Shown one piece after another: positions 1 through 12,333 of a DNA stretch of 48,039 nt (position 1 is the first letter of the stretch; each line of letters starts with the position of its first letter). The notes below the pieces were generated by a model, which saw only the letters and a list, made by a program, of their open reading frames with translations, had not been told where the DNA came from and did not search any database. Source of the DNA: Octopus bimaculoides (Eukaryota); contig NC_068997.1 in assembly GCF_001194135.2 (NCBI RefSeq), positions 11,769,214-11,817,252 on the forward strand, read 5' to 3'. The translations under genes and the position numbers were made by a program.

Positions 1-269
1 TATATATATATATATATATATATGGATGTAGGCAAAGGGGTAGGTGAGTTCTCACTAGATGTTATATAACTTTTAGCTATTGCGTGTATGTATAGCTCCC
101 CTCTCTTCAGGTGCTCTTTACAAATATCGTTGTTAAAAAGAAGTAGGGTGGTCCGACAGTTGATGGAGGCAATGAAGTGCCCACTTATACGGTTATAAAA
201 TGCACCCTCTTTGAGGGCCCTTCAGAAACTCCTGGGCAGGTGGAGCTCTCCAACCTTGTAACGCAATTC

Positions 270-522
270 ACTTAGAAAAAGACTACTCCTTTATCAAACT
301 TACAATTTGCTGTTCACTGCCGATGTCTCAGTCCTCTGAGCCACTGTGGTCAGAGCTTCAAGTGTGGTATCAGATTGTGTGGACTGACACTTAAATTAAA
401 ACTAGTAAGCGCAGACAATGAGAGAGACAATGCAGTGCCAAGGAGCAGTTTACATGGTAACTTGAGGGCATTGCCACTGCTCATCATGATTTTCCGACGC
501 GAAGACGCTGTCATCATCATGT
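270..522 (+). mobile_element. Probable degenerate 3' end of an RTE-type LINE
   Basis: Frame reads PLSNLQFAVHCRCLSPLSH..KCGIRLCG..LKLVSAD, loosely like the RTE C-terminal RLRFAGHC..R.RG motif, and ends in a short (CAT)n tail. The match is weak. Confidence 0.3.
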
Positions 523-754
523 ATGTACTTAAAATAGAATAGAGAAAATAAATGGGGGAAATATTCTTTGATTATGATGGATTTCGTATTAGTAACATAG
601 TGAGAGAAAGCAATAAAAGAACAGAAACTGTAGAGTAGTGCAATCCAAAACTTTGAGCTGGTAGCAAAACTATTCAATTATTTTGCATTTCATCTTATAT
701 ATTTCAATTAATAGAACAAGTGGAAAGATAATTTTTTTTCAACACGTAAAGACT

Positions 755-874
755 GAACAACATATATAAAGGATAAAATCCTTTTAAGAGCAGAAAAAAT
801 TGCCAGCAACCAACCAATTACTGGGAAATGTTTCTGCTCTTAAAAATATTTTATCCTTTATATATATACTGTTC
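755..874. repeat. Long inverted repeat / hairpin (about 42 bp arms)
   Basis: 755-796 GAACAACATATATAAAGGATAAAATCCTTTTAAGAGCAGAAA matches the reverse complement of 831-874 with few differences. 782-796/831-845 is a perfect 15 bp pair. Confidence 0.85.
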
Positions 875-1289
875 TACAATACATTTCAAAGCTTCAAAAA
901 AGGAACAAACTTATGTTTGTTTACATATGACGTAATTGCAATTAATGCTACATCGTGCATATTTAAATTTATTATATCCTAAAATTGTGTACCAGTGGTA
1001 GCGTTTAGAAGTTTAATCTTTGTTTAGCGTATTCTTATTTGATTTCACCCGACCACATCGAAACTACACACGTCCTGATATCAGAAACAGTATTTTTCTA
1101 GGTTTCAGTATTTTAGTTCCGTTCCATTGTGTTCATAAACAAACTATAGCAATGCCTAAAATATGCAAGTAGTGCATTTGCATGGCGCCAATTAAGAACT
1201 TTCTGCTTATGTTAACCTTTTATATTTACATTTAAATAAATGCCTGCGTAACGGAGCTTCCTAAGTTTTAATATGAAATGCTAGTACCT

Positions 1290-1455
1290 AAAATATACAC
1301 ACACACATATGTGTGTGCGTATATATATATATACACATACATGTACACATATATACATATATATAATAATTGTGTGTATGTGTGTGTGTGTGTGTGTGTG
1401 TATGTGTGTGTCTGTGAGTCTGTGTGTTTGTGTGTGTGTGTCTCTCTTTGTGTGT
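1290..1455. repeat. Compound (CA)/(TA)/(TG) microsatellite
   Basis: Directly visible dinucleotide runs. Confidence 0.95.
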
Positions 1456-2127
1456 ATGATGGTTGCAACTCAATTTCGAGTGCAGAAATGGAAATTTTTA
1501 GTCATGCTTCAGATTTAAATTCTTTGATACAGACGTTCCCACAGTATCCGAACCTCCGTTTTTGGGGATATTTTCAAAGTACAGAAAATCATTCGTAAAT
1601 TGTGTAGTGAATATATGTACCAGCTAGTGTACACATGGTTTGGGATCAAATACAAAAAAGCAAACGAACACTTAATGCCTTTGTTAATTACACACCATAG
1701 GTCGTTTCAATATTGTACATTTAATTATTGATATTCTTATCAACACTTCGGTGACTCGATAATGGCTGAGAAGGGGTAAATATGACCGGACTAATAATAT
1801 GAGAGATGGTTTAATATTTGTGTTTGTTCATTGCATAATTATTTGTAATTAGTTTGTAAATATATTTTGAATTAAACACCTTAACACTAACGGTCAGATC
1901 GAGATATTAAGTTGGTATGTGGGTATGGTTAAATGGGAGAGATTGAATTTTATTAAACAAATAAAAAACTGAAGAGAGATCAATGACTGCCAAGCGCTGG
2001 GTATCATTTGACTGTTGGAATTTGAATCAATAAAGAGATGAGCTTACGTCAGCGATATTACGCCTGCAGCAACATCCAGTTTCGTAATAGACATTTTTTA
2101 TTATCGTGAATCGTCATACTTTTCGAA

Positions 2128-2430
<303 letters not shown>

Positions 2431-2832
2431 TATATGTATATCAGCTTGATAAAATAAAAGTACAAGAAGAACTGCTTCAATGTCTCTTAGAAATTAAGGC
2501 AATATATGTTCCCGAATATCAATGATTTCTTTGAAAAGGGTATTTTGGAAGGAACCCTTTCTGCGAATTGCATATTTTGCGCATATCAAAAGTCTATTCA
2601 CATGCATGTGTCAAATATGATGTACACGTAAGCGTAATATACGTGTATATATTGCACGAATGCATTAATAAAAGTGCTGATAGCCTAGAGCGATAACAAA
2701 TATTTCATTAACAAAAGAATATTAAACTCTATAACATCTACAAGTGACATATCAAATCAGAGATGGCATTCATATTTAAAAACCCAAGGATATGTTTTCA
2801 AAGACCTAACGAAACGTGTTTCGTATAGGCCT

Positions 2833-2883
2833 ATAGATAGATAGATAGATTGATAGATAGATAGATTGATAGATAGATAGATT

Positions 2884-2914
<31 letters not shown>

Positions 2915-3000
2915 TCCAAAATGAAATATATATAAACATGACATATACATGTATGAATATATTTGTGTGTGTGTGTGTGTGTGCGTGTGTATATGTGTGT

Positions 3001-3081
<81 letters not shown>
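2833..3081. repeat. (TAGA)n followed by (TG)n microsatellites
   Basis: Directly visible. Confidence 0.95.
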
Positions 3082-3084
<3 letters not shown>

Positions 3085-3161
3085 ATCGCTACACGTAGAT
3101 TCAGAGATAGGAAACTATACGGCCGAAGAATGCTGATGTAGTTCGCTTTGCAAATACGATT

Positions 3162-3187
3162 TCCGAGTTCCGAGTTCCGAGTTCCGA
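3162..3187. repeat. Short (TTCCGAG)n heptamer tandem repeat
   Basis: TTCCGAG repeated about 3.7 times. Confidence 0.85.
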
Positions 3188-3299
3188 TCACACACCTTGC
3201 CAATTTTGATAACTATTATCTTCAATATTCTTGGATCTACTCTTGTATTGTGAGAGAAACTTGATAGGAAAAAATTGTATAAAATTACATGGATGACTG

Positions 3300-3402
3300 T
3301 CTGTCTACCGGAAACAGCCGTGCTAGGACTTGGGCCTCACAGGGGAACTTTCTAGGCGCAACCCCATGGTCATTCATGACCAAAGGGAGCCTTTACCCTT
3401 TT
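3300..3402 (+). mobile_element. Probable 3' fragment of a retroposon (SINE/LINE tail)
   Basis: GC-richer segment ending ...CCCATGGTCATTCATGACCAAAGGGAGCCTTTACCCTTTT, recalled as an octopus interspersed-repeat tail. Not verified. Confidence 0.35.
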
Positions 3403-4027
3403 AGGATATGCCTGCTTCATACTTTCCTCACGATGGAACAATGACAGGTCAATATGAACCCGATCGAATATGAATTCAGAAAACAAAGAGAAAAAAATGT
3501 CCGCACGATCTTAAAAGTAATAAATTGATACTTGATGTGTTAAAGAAGATAAAAAACTATATTGTGAGATGATACGATTTTATTCATAAATCTGCAATCG
3601 TCGCTAACGTAGGACTAAACCAAAACAGTAACTACAAGACTAGTAACAATTTAGATGAAGAAACAAAAGACAGACTAAAAATGCTGAGCTAACAACCCAA
3701 TAAATGTTACATCAGCGTTATTAACCTACGCGAACATTTTTACATACAAACATAAACACATGTGCACATATATGTAAACAATCTTCTGTTTGTATTCACC
3801 TTTCATGCTAATGCTTTTTTAAACTTTCTTAGCAATATTATTACTCGTACTTTTTATTAGCAAACATGATATATTGAATTTTATGCTGATTAACTTTTGT
3901 CTTGTAAGAATTGCTTACGTTTGAACGATTTAAGCTTCTATTGTTTGCAAATTGTAGTCTTTATTTCTTGATGAATTTTAATATTAATCTGAAAATTTTT
4001 GTCCATGTGTATATAGATATATTCAGG

Positions 4028-4080
<53 letters not shown>

Positions 4081-4154
4081 GATGTCTGTATGTATGTATA
4101 TATATATATATGTATGTAAATATGTATATCCATACACACACACACACACACATA

Positions 4155-4320
4155 NNNNNNNNNNNNNNNNNNNNNNNNNNNNNNNNNNNNNNNNNNNNNN
4201 NNNNNNNNNNNNNNNNNNNNNNNNNNNNNNNNNNNNNNNNNNNNNNNNNNNNNNNNNNNNNNNNNNNNNNNNNNNNNNNNNNNNNNNNNNNNNNNNNNNN
4301 NNNNNNNNNNNNNNNNNNNN
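4155..4320. other. Assembly gap (other gaps: 24391-24400, 25021-25384, 26536-26706, 27402-27411, 31434-31782, 43187-43400, 44196-44205)
   Basis: N-runs, mostly flanked by TA/TG/TACA microsatellites. The window also starts and ends in (TA)n, typical of short-read assembly breaks. Confidence 0.99.
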
Positions 4321-5145
4321 ACATATACATATATATATATGTATTTAAATAAATTAATAACTATTTATAGATATATTTAATATATAGAGAGATAAATAGA
4401 TACATAGATAGATACATGCATACATACATACCTATACAGAAATCGACGTATATATATACATATAGATATATGTATATTAGTCGTTTCTTTGTTATTGCGA
4501 CCAAGCGGATAAGCATGCGTCAATGTATATATGCTTGTAGCTATCCATGTCTGCAAGTGTTAATACGCGTATATGGAAATAAATTTAATGATTTTTTTTT
4601 TTAATAAATATTTGTATGCGACTATCACGAGAAAATGTTGCTTTTACATATAACCCAGTCTGTCTCGGTATGATTGCTCAAAACACAAAATTTACATAAA
4701 CAGCGTCATGTTATAAAACAAATGTGCATTTAGGTAAACAATTGCATACATATTGCATTTCTTTCTATTTTATTAATAGTTCTCCCAAGGGTATTTGTTT
4801 TTTCTTTTATATATATAAATATCCTCTTGAGCAATATCCAAATAACATATTTATTTAAAACTAAAAAAAGAGGGATTTTATCTCATTGAAAGCAACTTCT
4901 CCTAAACAAAATTTCCTCCTCGAGGAACAGAAATTACGCAATGAATTTCCTGTTTGAACAACTCAAATCCTGAAAATATCTCATATTGTATTTATATAAA
5001 CCATCACTCCAGGAAGCCTGAATGAAATAACCTTACAAGTGATTATATTGAAATCCAATCGTCTTCAGTTACACAAGAAATAGAATACTGTGTGTGTTTA
5101 TATCTATGTGTGTGTGCGCGCAAACACCTACACATATGATTCATT

Positions 5146-5529
5146 TTAGTTTACTTCAAGAATGTTGAGATTTAAAGAAATATCCACCTGAAGCATGTGA
5201 ATTATGGATTCCGTGATTGGTAAAACTATATGCCTTACATCCGGGGTACAGTCTGAACGTTTGGAAATTTGGAGGACCATGCTAAAGTCATCGAAAGACC
5301 AGGGAACGAGGTCAACCGGAAAGCGGATTGCGTGTTTCACCCGGTTTCCAGTCGACGAAATTTCACTTCCAACGACTTGGTCATTCCAAGACCAATGAGA
5401 GAACACAATTATTCTGTGGCGCGCAGTAAGATTGAACTCAAAATCACTTACTTGCAAAATGAAATTAACAACAGCCATCCCGCCATACCCGAATCTGTCA
5501 TTGACTTTGGTACTGCTACTGTAGTTTGA
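5146..5529 (-). CDS. Candidate coding exon/ORF of unknown protein (127 codons plus TAA)
   Basis: Stop-free frame SNYSSSTKVNDRFGYGGMAVVNF...LNILEVN* spans a GC/CpG-richer island and ends at its edge. Many RNY codons; ATG at 5478 in GGGATGG context. No good acceptor and no recognised homolog; the antisense frame is open over 5257-5529. Confidence 0.35.
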   Translation of the reverse strand, partial: SNYSSSTKVNDRFGYGGMAVVNFILQVSDFEFNLTARHRIIVFSHWSWNDQVVGSEISSTGNRVKHAIRFPVDLVPWSFDDFSMVLQISKRSDCTPDVRHIVLPITESIIHMLQVDISLNLNILEVN

Positions 5530-6108
5530 CTATTGTTTTTCTGTTAACGATGCTGTTATAGAACTGAATTTTCATACCAAAGATAGATTTTTATAATGTG
5601 ATAAAAGTTACCTTAGTTGATGTTTCACTGAAGACAGGTTATGGCAATCCAATATTCTAAACAAGAATTAATTTCTAAGGAGCCAACACACAATATATCT
5701 TAGCAATTTTATTCGACAGCAGCTGATGCTTGGTCAGTAAATTAGGTCTACGTGGACGCTACAATTGCCAAAACCTTGTCTCTAGATGTATTACTTCGAT
5801 GATAGCTGAATATTAACTGTCGAAATTTTATCAGTCATTCATATTTGCTTTTCTATTTTCTAAGTAAATGATGTGAAATATATTCATAGCGAATGCGTGA
5901 ATGTATTAGGAATGATGTCGACTTACTTCATGGTACAGCGAAGCATATTACAGCTGGATTATATTATACCACAATATGATAGCAATAAGTACTTAAAGTT
6001 ACAATCTGACTATTTTTTCTCTATGTATGTATGTATGCATGCATATATGTATGTATGTACGTATGCATGCGCCTATCTTAACCATCCATCCATCCATCCA
6101 CCCATCTC

Positions 6109-6144
<36 letters not shown>

Positions 6145-7227
6145 CACGTCTACGGTTTATAGACACAAACACATACACATTAATATATGCTCGTCTGCCT
6201 TTGTGTGATCGTGTGTATGAGGTATATGTTTTATTCTGTTCACCTGGAAACTTTCTAAAATTTCCATATTCAAATTTAATAAGTAACTGTTCTTTGACTG
6301 CAGAATGTTTTCTGCGGCATACGTAACAATATATCCATATTAAGCAGCTATTTTCTCCTAATTAGGCTTTCTCTTCTTTCCTCTTGTCAGTTCAGTCGTA
6401 TTAAGTGGTAATTGCCTAACATCTGACGCTTTGATCAATATGTTCTAATGGTTGTGATATCAAAATTTGAAAGTTCCAAGATATATGTTTATTAATCTGA
6501 TTCAGCAAATCAAGCATCTATGCCTTCTTTGATGTATTTTTATGTTCCCTTCTCAGCTAAAATCCATTTAAAATTCGTTTATCAACTGTAATATTTTATT
6601 GCCTTTCAATTTTGTTCGATTATATTGATTTATTACACAAAATGGTTCCAGATGTATTATACATGAGAATTATAAGCAAAGTTATGGAAGTAAAACTTCT
6701 TTTAATAAACGGTGAATCTGTATATTGCACAGACAAGTAAAGGTCGATTTTGTTGTTGATTAGCCTTCGGTCAAATCTTTAATAACATATCTATCATCAA
6801 AAGAATTCAAACATAGGCTACACTATCTATTTGACGTTGGATTATATTGTCGCATGTCATTATATAAGAAGTTAAGATGAGATATTTAACTGATAGCTGA
6901 AACTATCAGTATGATAGAATGCTGTGAGTAAAGTGATATATGTAATAGATTTGTATCATAGCTATTTGGTCATTTGTCATTTCCGTCTTTGTCTCGCTGT
7001 TTATATTCAGACGCTCCCTCCCTCTCCCCACTCTCTGTCACACACACACGCACACGCGCACACGTACATACATACAAGAACGCACGCGCACACACAATAT
7101 TTACTATGTCAGATGCCACATACAGAAACAAAGACTTATAGCACACATGTATCAACTATCACACATCTCAGTTATTCATGCACAGACTTAAACACACACA
7201 CACATACTATCAAACAGAAACACGCTC

Positions 7228-7258
<31 letters not shown>

Positions 7259-7319
7259 CAAAAAAAAAGAAAAGAGAGTTCTATATATGTTATATTATGA
7301 CCACAACATAAAACGACAT

Positions 7320-7530
7320 GGTGGGTGAATCGTTAGTACCCCGGACAAAATATTTATCGACATCCTCAGTACACATTTCATGGAGATCGACTTTGTTTTT
7401 CATCATTTAGCTGTAAACGAAATAAGTATTAGATAAGTACATACATCGGTGTAATCTCTTAACCCACCCCTTCCTGTAATCGATTAGCCCCTTCCCTCGA
7501 AATGTTACACGTTGTGTCTGAAGTATTGTT
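7320..7530 (+). mobile_element. Degenerate tRNA-headed SINE (type A)
   Basis: GAATCGTTAGTACCCCGGACAAAAT...GATCGACTTTGTTTTTCATC...TAATCGATTAGCCCCTTCCC resembles the better-preserved copies at 7627 and 36563. Confidence 0.55.
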
Positions 7531-7544
7531 GTTGTTATCGTTAT

Positions 7545-7549
7545 TATTA

Positions 7550-7607
<58 letters not shown>

Positions 7608-7624
7608 CATCATCATCATCATCA
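7545..7624. repeat. (ATT)n/(ATC)n microsatellite
   Basis: Directly visible. Confidence 0.95.
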
Positions 7625-7626
7625 TT

Positions 7627-7765
7627 AAGGCGGCGAGCTGGCATAAACGTTAGCACGCCGGGCGAAATGCTTAGCGGTATTTCGTCTGTCTATACGTTCT
7701 GAGTTCAAATTCTGCTGAGGTCGACTTTGCTTTTCATCCTTTCGGGGTCAATAGATTAAGTACCA
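7627..7765 (+). mobile_element. tRNA-headed SINE type A, 3'-truncated
   Basis: GGCGGCGAGCTGGCATAAACGTTAGCACGCCGGGCGAAATGCTTAGCGG...GAGTTCAAATTC (B-box-like)...TTAAGTACCA; near-identical to 36563-36700. Confidence 0.9.
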
Positions 7766-8397
7766 ACAGAGTAGAAACATCGGCTGCCAAAGTGAACTCC
7801 ACACAAATGTAAAGAAAATCAAATACATTGAACGTTGTTGAAAACTTCAAGTAGTTCGGTGGTTGGGTAGGTAGTTCAGAAACAGACATCAAAATCACAA
7901 AGGCACAAATATGGACACAATGTATGGAACTCCAAAATTGCCCAGGCAAATCGAAATCAAACCGTTCATTGCAACTGTCGAATCAATGTTATTATACGGC
8001 AGTGAAACATGGGCACCGACAGAGAAATTATGAAACTGACAAAACGAATATTATATAAAAATGCTACGAATAGCCCTAAATGTGACAGCAACACATGACA
8101 AACAAATGCCTTTGTAGAGACCTGCTGCATGTTAACAAGAAGATCAGGCAAAGGCGACTGCAACTATCTGGTCACTGCGTGCACCATTCTGGTTTGAAAG
8201 CATTCAAACTAGCCTTATGGAGCCCTCTGGTGATGTAAGAAGAGGAAAACGTCGTCACGCATCGACAACGTGATCGAAGACATTGGTCCGGAATGTATCC
8301 AGGACTTCGAAGCAGTGATGATAGACCAAAAAGTGTGGCGGGTGGACTTTGTTGCTGCGGCACGGATTGGGATCCTGCCATGATAATAAAGATAATT
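7766..8397 (+). mobile_element. 5'-truncated RTE-clade LINE (RT C-terminal region, pseudogenised)
   Basis: Frames give VETSAAKV..VVENFK*FGGWVGSSETDIK, FIATVESMLLYGSETW, MLRIALNV and KIRQRRLQLSGHCVHH..LW, which are standard RTE RT C-terminal motifs, with stops/frameshifts and a short TGATAATAA tail. Confidence 0.85.
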
Positions 8398-9095
8398 AAT
8401 CTAGTGGGGCACAAATCTTGGTAATTCAAAAGAAAATATAATATCAAAGTTTGGTATAAGTCCCAGACTGTTGTAATATTTTTTCGTACCCGTGTCTGTT
8501 GATTGTCAGGCAAGATCTGTGGATGAATCTGAGTAATTTTAAATATGGAGTTAAAAATATGCTTGTGTACATCAGAAACTACATTCAATATAAATGTCCA
8601 ATAACATCGTATAAGTTGCATCAGTGAATTTTACAGAATATCAGACGTTGTTCTGAAACAATTTATGTACTAGCTTGAAAAATAACGAAAAGTGTTTGCT
8701 GTGATATTTATAAATGGATTACATAAGAGTTAATCAAAGCGTATGACGTACCGTATTTGTAATTCGTTTGAAAAATGGGGGTTTGTTGTTTTGTTTCTTG
8801 AGAAATTCGTGAGAGATTAATGTAATTCTGCTTCCTGCACGTTTTTAATGATTGTTCTTCGATTCTGATGACTAATTTATCACATTCACATACTTGGATA
8901 TTTCATAATCTAACTTGGTAGTAATACATCATACGTGGTTGGCGGGTTGTTGTGGTTAATATATTACCGATATATGAACATTTTGGTACAGTCTGCTATG
9001 TTAATGACCAACACATAACTTTGTCCAATATTTTAAAGATTAATGAATTTTCTATCAACACATTTTAACCAGTCAACCGCAGATGTCGCATAGAC

Positions 9096-9128
9096 TACAC
9101 ACACACACACACACACACAAACACGCAT

Positions 9129-9215
<87 letters not shown>
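9096..9215. repeat. (CA)n(TA)n microsatellite
   Basis: Directly visible. Confidence 0.95.
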
Positions 9216-9219
<4 letters not shown>

Positions 9220-10980
9220 GTCAAAAAATACACCAACAGATATATATTTACACATGTCCTGTCATTTTGGATAGCCAGATGAGCAGTGACCCCAATTTAG
9301 ACAGTGGCTTTTGCTACCAGCAACAGCTCCTTAAATGCTGTTGTTATTGATGATGTAGAGGTCATATTCGGAACGGTGGTACAGAGGATGGAGGTAGAAG
9401 ATTGGCTGTAGGTTTGCACCAGGTTTGCACCAGGTTTGACTAGCATAGTGAATGCAATGCGTCTACAGTTCAAGAACTGTAGAACATGGTTAAAATTTGT
9501 TTATACATTTACAAACTTTCGAAAGCAGACTTTAACGCTTTGAATTGTCGAATAATGAAATAACGTACCTGCACCGACTGTTACCTGTAAGCACATTGCA
9601 TACTTCAAAGATACCTATATGCATATGCACCGTTTACTCTCAATGGATCATTTGCTGTTCGCTCTTCTGTCATTTTTCTGTTTTATTCTTTGTAATTTTA
9701 ACTTTCATTACGGTCGTTTTCATTTCATATTCTGTACCATCATTTGCACTTTTCCAACGTGTTTCAGTGTAGCTGAGTACTGCATACAACGAGCTAATTT
9801 GATTGCTCATAAAATGTGCAACCTTCATACTAAATCAAATTATCTTCGAAATTCCTCCCTTCTAATTCTATATTTATTTCTGTTATATCACAATTCTTGA
9901 ACAAGAATGCATATAAGAAGAGTTGGTTTCAAATGCCAAAATGTTTTACTGCTTCTCTGATATCTGCATCTTTTGCTGACGTACACTAAAAGTGTCTCAC
10001 CTGCTCATAACACGGCACCATACCGAGGCACCTAGCAACAAATCTTTGAAGAAATAAAATTGACAGTTAACTTCCTAGCATAGAATTAGCTTTATTCGTA
10101 GTCATCATTTTCCGGATTGAGACTTTCGTGATATTTGCACATTATTATCGAATGATATTTAAATTATTGACTCAGTTTATTTTCTTAGATTTATGGTGCG
10201 TAAATTTGTGTGCAAGTGGGACTGTCATGTTTCAAAGCGTAATGCGATTTCCGTGCAATAAATGTTCTAGTCATTTAGCAAACTTAACTCGTGAATTAGT
10301 TAGCTAGAGATCAGAGACCACTCTAATAATCTGTATATAATCAATATTATATGTCTCAAAGATCAATATATCTGTTAAGTCTAAATGAATATCTAGGAAT
10401 TTGTTCGCATAATTCAATAATCAATTTTCTATCGCCATATGATTATAGAGCATTTAAAGTTGGAATTATTTGTTTTTATGTGTTTCATTTGAATAACATT
10501 TATATTTGATATGTATAAAGTTCTTTTGTTAATAGTATAACTCCCGAAGAGAAAATACATCATAATAGCAGATTTGTTTCATTAGAATATATTGTCCAAT
10601 ATATCACAATGAAGTTTTACAAAACAAATGCTACAAATAAAGATTATAACATCAAAATTACACATGAATGTAATGATAAGATATTTCTTTGTATTTAGTA
10701 TTATATTTTGTCAGACATAATATTAATTTTCCGTCTATCTAGAATAACCTATTGTTTACATATCAACACCAACGAAATAAATTTCAGTTATATGCAAGAC
10801 TGATCAAGAAAAAATGGAGACCAATTATTAAAATAACAAACACTAAAACAAATTATAGATTTTTGCTCTTTCATATTTTTCAATGCTTGAAATTCAACTT
10901 TGTGGCACCTCTTTCAGGAAATAAAATAATTATAATCAGTAGTGTTGTATGAAACATGTGATCAAATGTATATGTATGTT

Positions 10981-11070
10981 TGTATAGATAGATAGATAGG
11001 TAGGTAGGTAGGTAGGTAGGTAGGTAGGTAGGTAGTTAGGTAGGTAGTTAGGTAGGTAGGTAGGTAGGTA
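10981..11070. repeat. (TAGA)n/(TAGG)n microsatellite
   Basis: Directly visible. Confidence 0.95.
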
Positions 11071-11279
11071 TGTTCTCTTTCTCTTTTAAAATTAGAGTAA
11101 AGTTTAACCGCACGTTGAGTAAATTTTAGCAGGGTTACGAAAAAAAGCATTTTTTTATCCTAATCATTGAAATCCTAAGAAGGTAAAGATGTATGCATGC
11201 ATGTATATATGTATGTATGTGTGTATATATGTATGTATGTATGTGTGTATGTATGTATGTGTGTATGTATGCTTTTATA

Positions 11280-11520
11280 GTCTCCGATATTGTGATTATT
11301 CTTATGAATTTGCGTTCTGCTCTCAAGAACAAAAGTTCAGGCGTATTTGGCTGCAAGCAGGTTAGCATGTAACCTGTTGCCCCAATAATAATAGGTATAA
11401 AGCTGAAAATGTATGTTGGGTACAGGAGTTGCAAACACCTTTTCAATGGTTCATAGATACTCTCTTTCTATTGTATATTTCTAATCACTTTGGGGGCCTG
11501 AGTACAATCTGGCCGGTTCT
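11280..11520 (-). mobile_element. Relic of an RLE-type (restriction-like endonuclease; R2/R4/NeSL/CRE group) non-LTR retrotransposon C-terminus
   Basis: Minus frame KESIYEPLKRCLQLLYPTYIFSFIPIIIGATGY...RKFIR matches the K..Y..L...LQ.LYP.Y....IPIIIGA.GY tail of RLE domains; in-frame stop upstream. Confidence 0.65.
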
Positions 11521-11669
11521 GTTTTAACTTGGTGGCTGTTTTATTTTTATAAGTTTCACCGATATTCATTTGACCTATCGGTCACAATTTATATGTGTTT
11601 ATATATACGTGTTGGTATGTGTATGTGTATGTGTGTATACATATATATATTGAATTTACAAAAAAAAAA

Positions 11670-11790
11670 AACAAGGGACGAAGACGGGTGTGTAAGCAAC
11701 AAACAGATGTATTAGTTTAACGCTCGGGAAGTGAGAAAGTCTTTTACCTTTCGAGCCTACGCCCTTCGATAGAAAGGAACACAAAAGGAT
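11670..11790 (-). mobile_element. Interspersed repeat fragment, probable Penelope-like terminal repeat
   Basis: Minus strand TCGAAGGGCGTAGGCTCGAAAGGTAAAAGACTTTCTCACTTCCCGAGCGTTAAACTAATAC has the GAAGA..stem..CGAAAC-type motif seen at PLE ends. Family assignment is from memory. Confidence 0.4.
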
Positions 11791-12094
11791 GCAGAGAGAG
11801 AAAGTAAAAACAAAAAGAGAGAGAACGATTTAATGTCTAGTGATGAATCATATTTCAAGTTCAGATTTATACCTGTAATTATTGGGTCTTGAGTCATGTA
11901 ACACACTGCCTAAATACCAATCTTAAGAAATTAACTTCTCAAAGCAAGTAAGGAGAAAGTTGTTTCGAAGACTAGAGATCCAATCTATCACAACAAAAAT
12001 CTGTAAAACTTTCCAGAAGTTTACCATTTAAATATATATCAGCGTGTCTCGATATGCAACTATATGCATGAGAATACATACACGAAGTAAAACA

Positions 12095-12133
12095 TACAAA
12101 TTTGCATATATAAATGCATATATACATACATAA

Positions 12134-12167
<34 letters not shown>

Positions 12168-12264
12168 CATATATACATACATACATACCGCGTTGTTGAT
12201 GTGTGTGTGCGTGCTTGTGTGTGAGTGTGTGTGTGTATATATGTGTCTATGTGTGTGTGTGTCT

Positions 12265-12333
<69 letters not shown>

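Noticed and set aside
2048-2094. Possible minus-strand start exon MSITKLDVAAGVISL with GAC|GTAAGC donor
   Set aside because: Too short, adjacent to a microsatellite and no matching downstream exon found; chance level.
8172-8621. 149-aa minus ORF
   Set aside because: Largely antisense to the RTE relic, and the rest is low-complexity AT-rich sequence.
9410-9439. 11-bp tandem duplication AGGTTTGCACC (also a 14-bp duplication at 20447-20474 and a 28-bp palindrome at 14161-14188)
   Set aside because: Ordinary slippage-type micro-duplications and short palindromes expected in AT-rich repeat-laden DNA.
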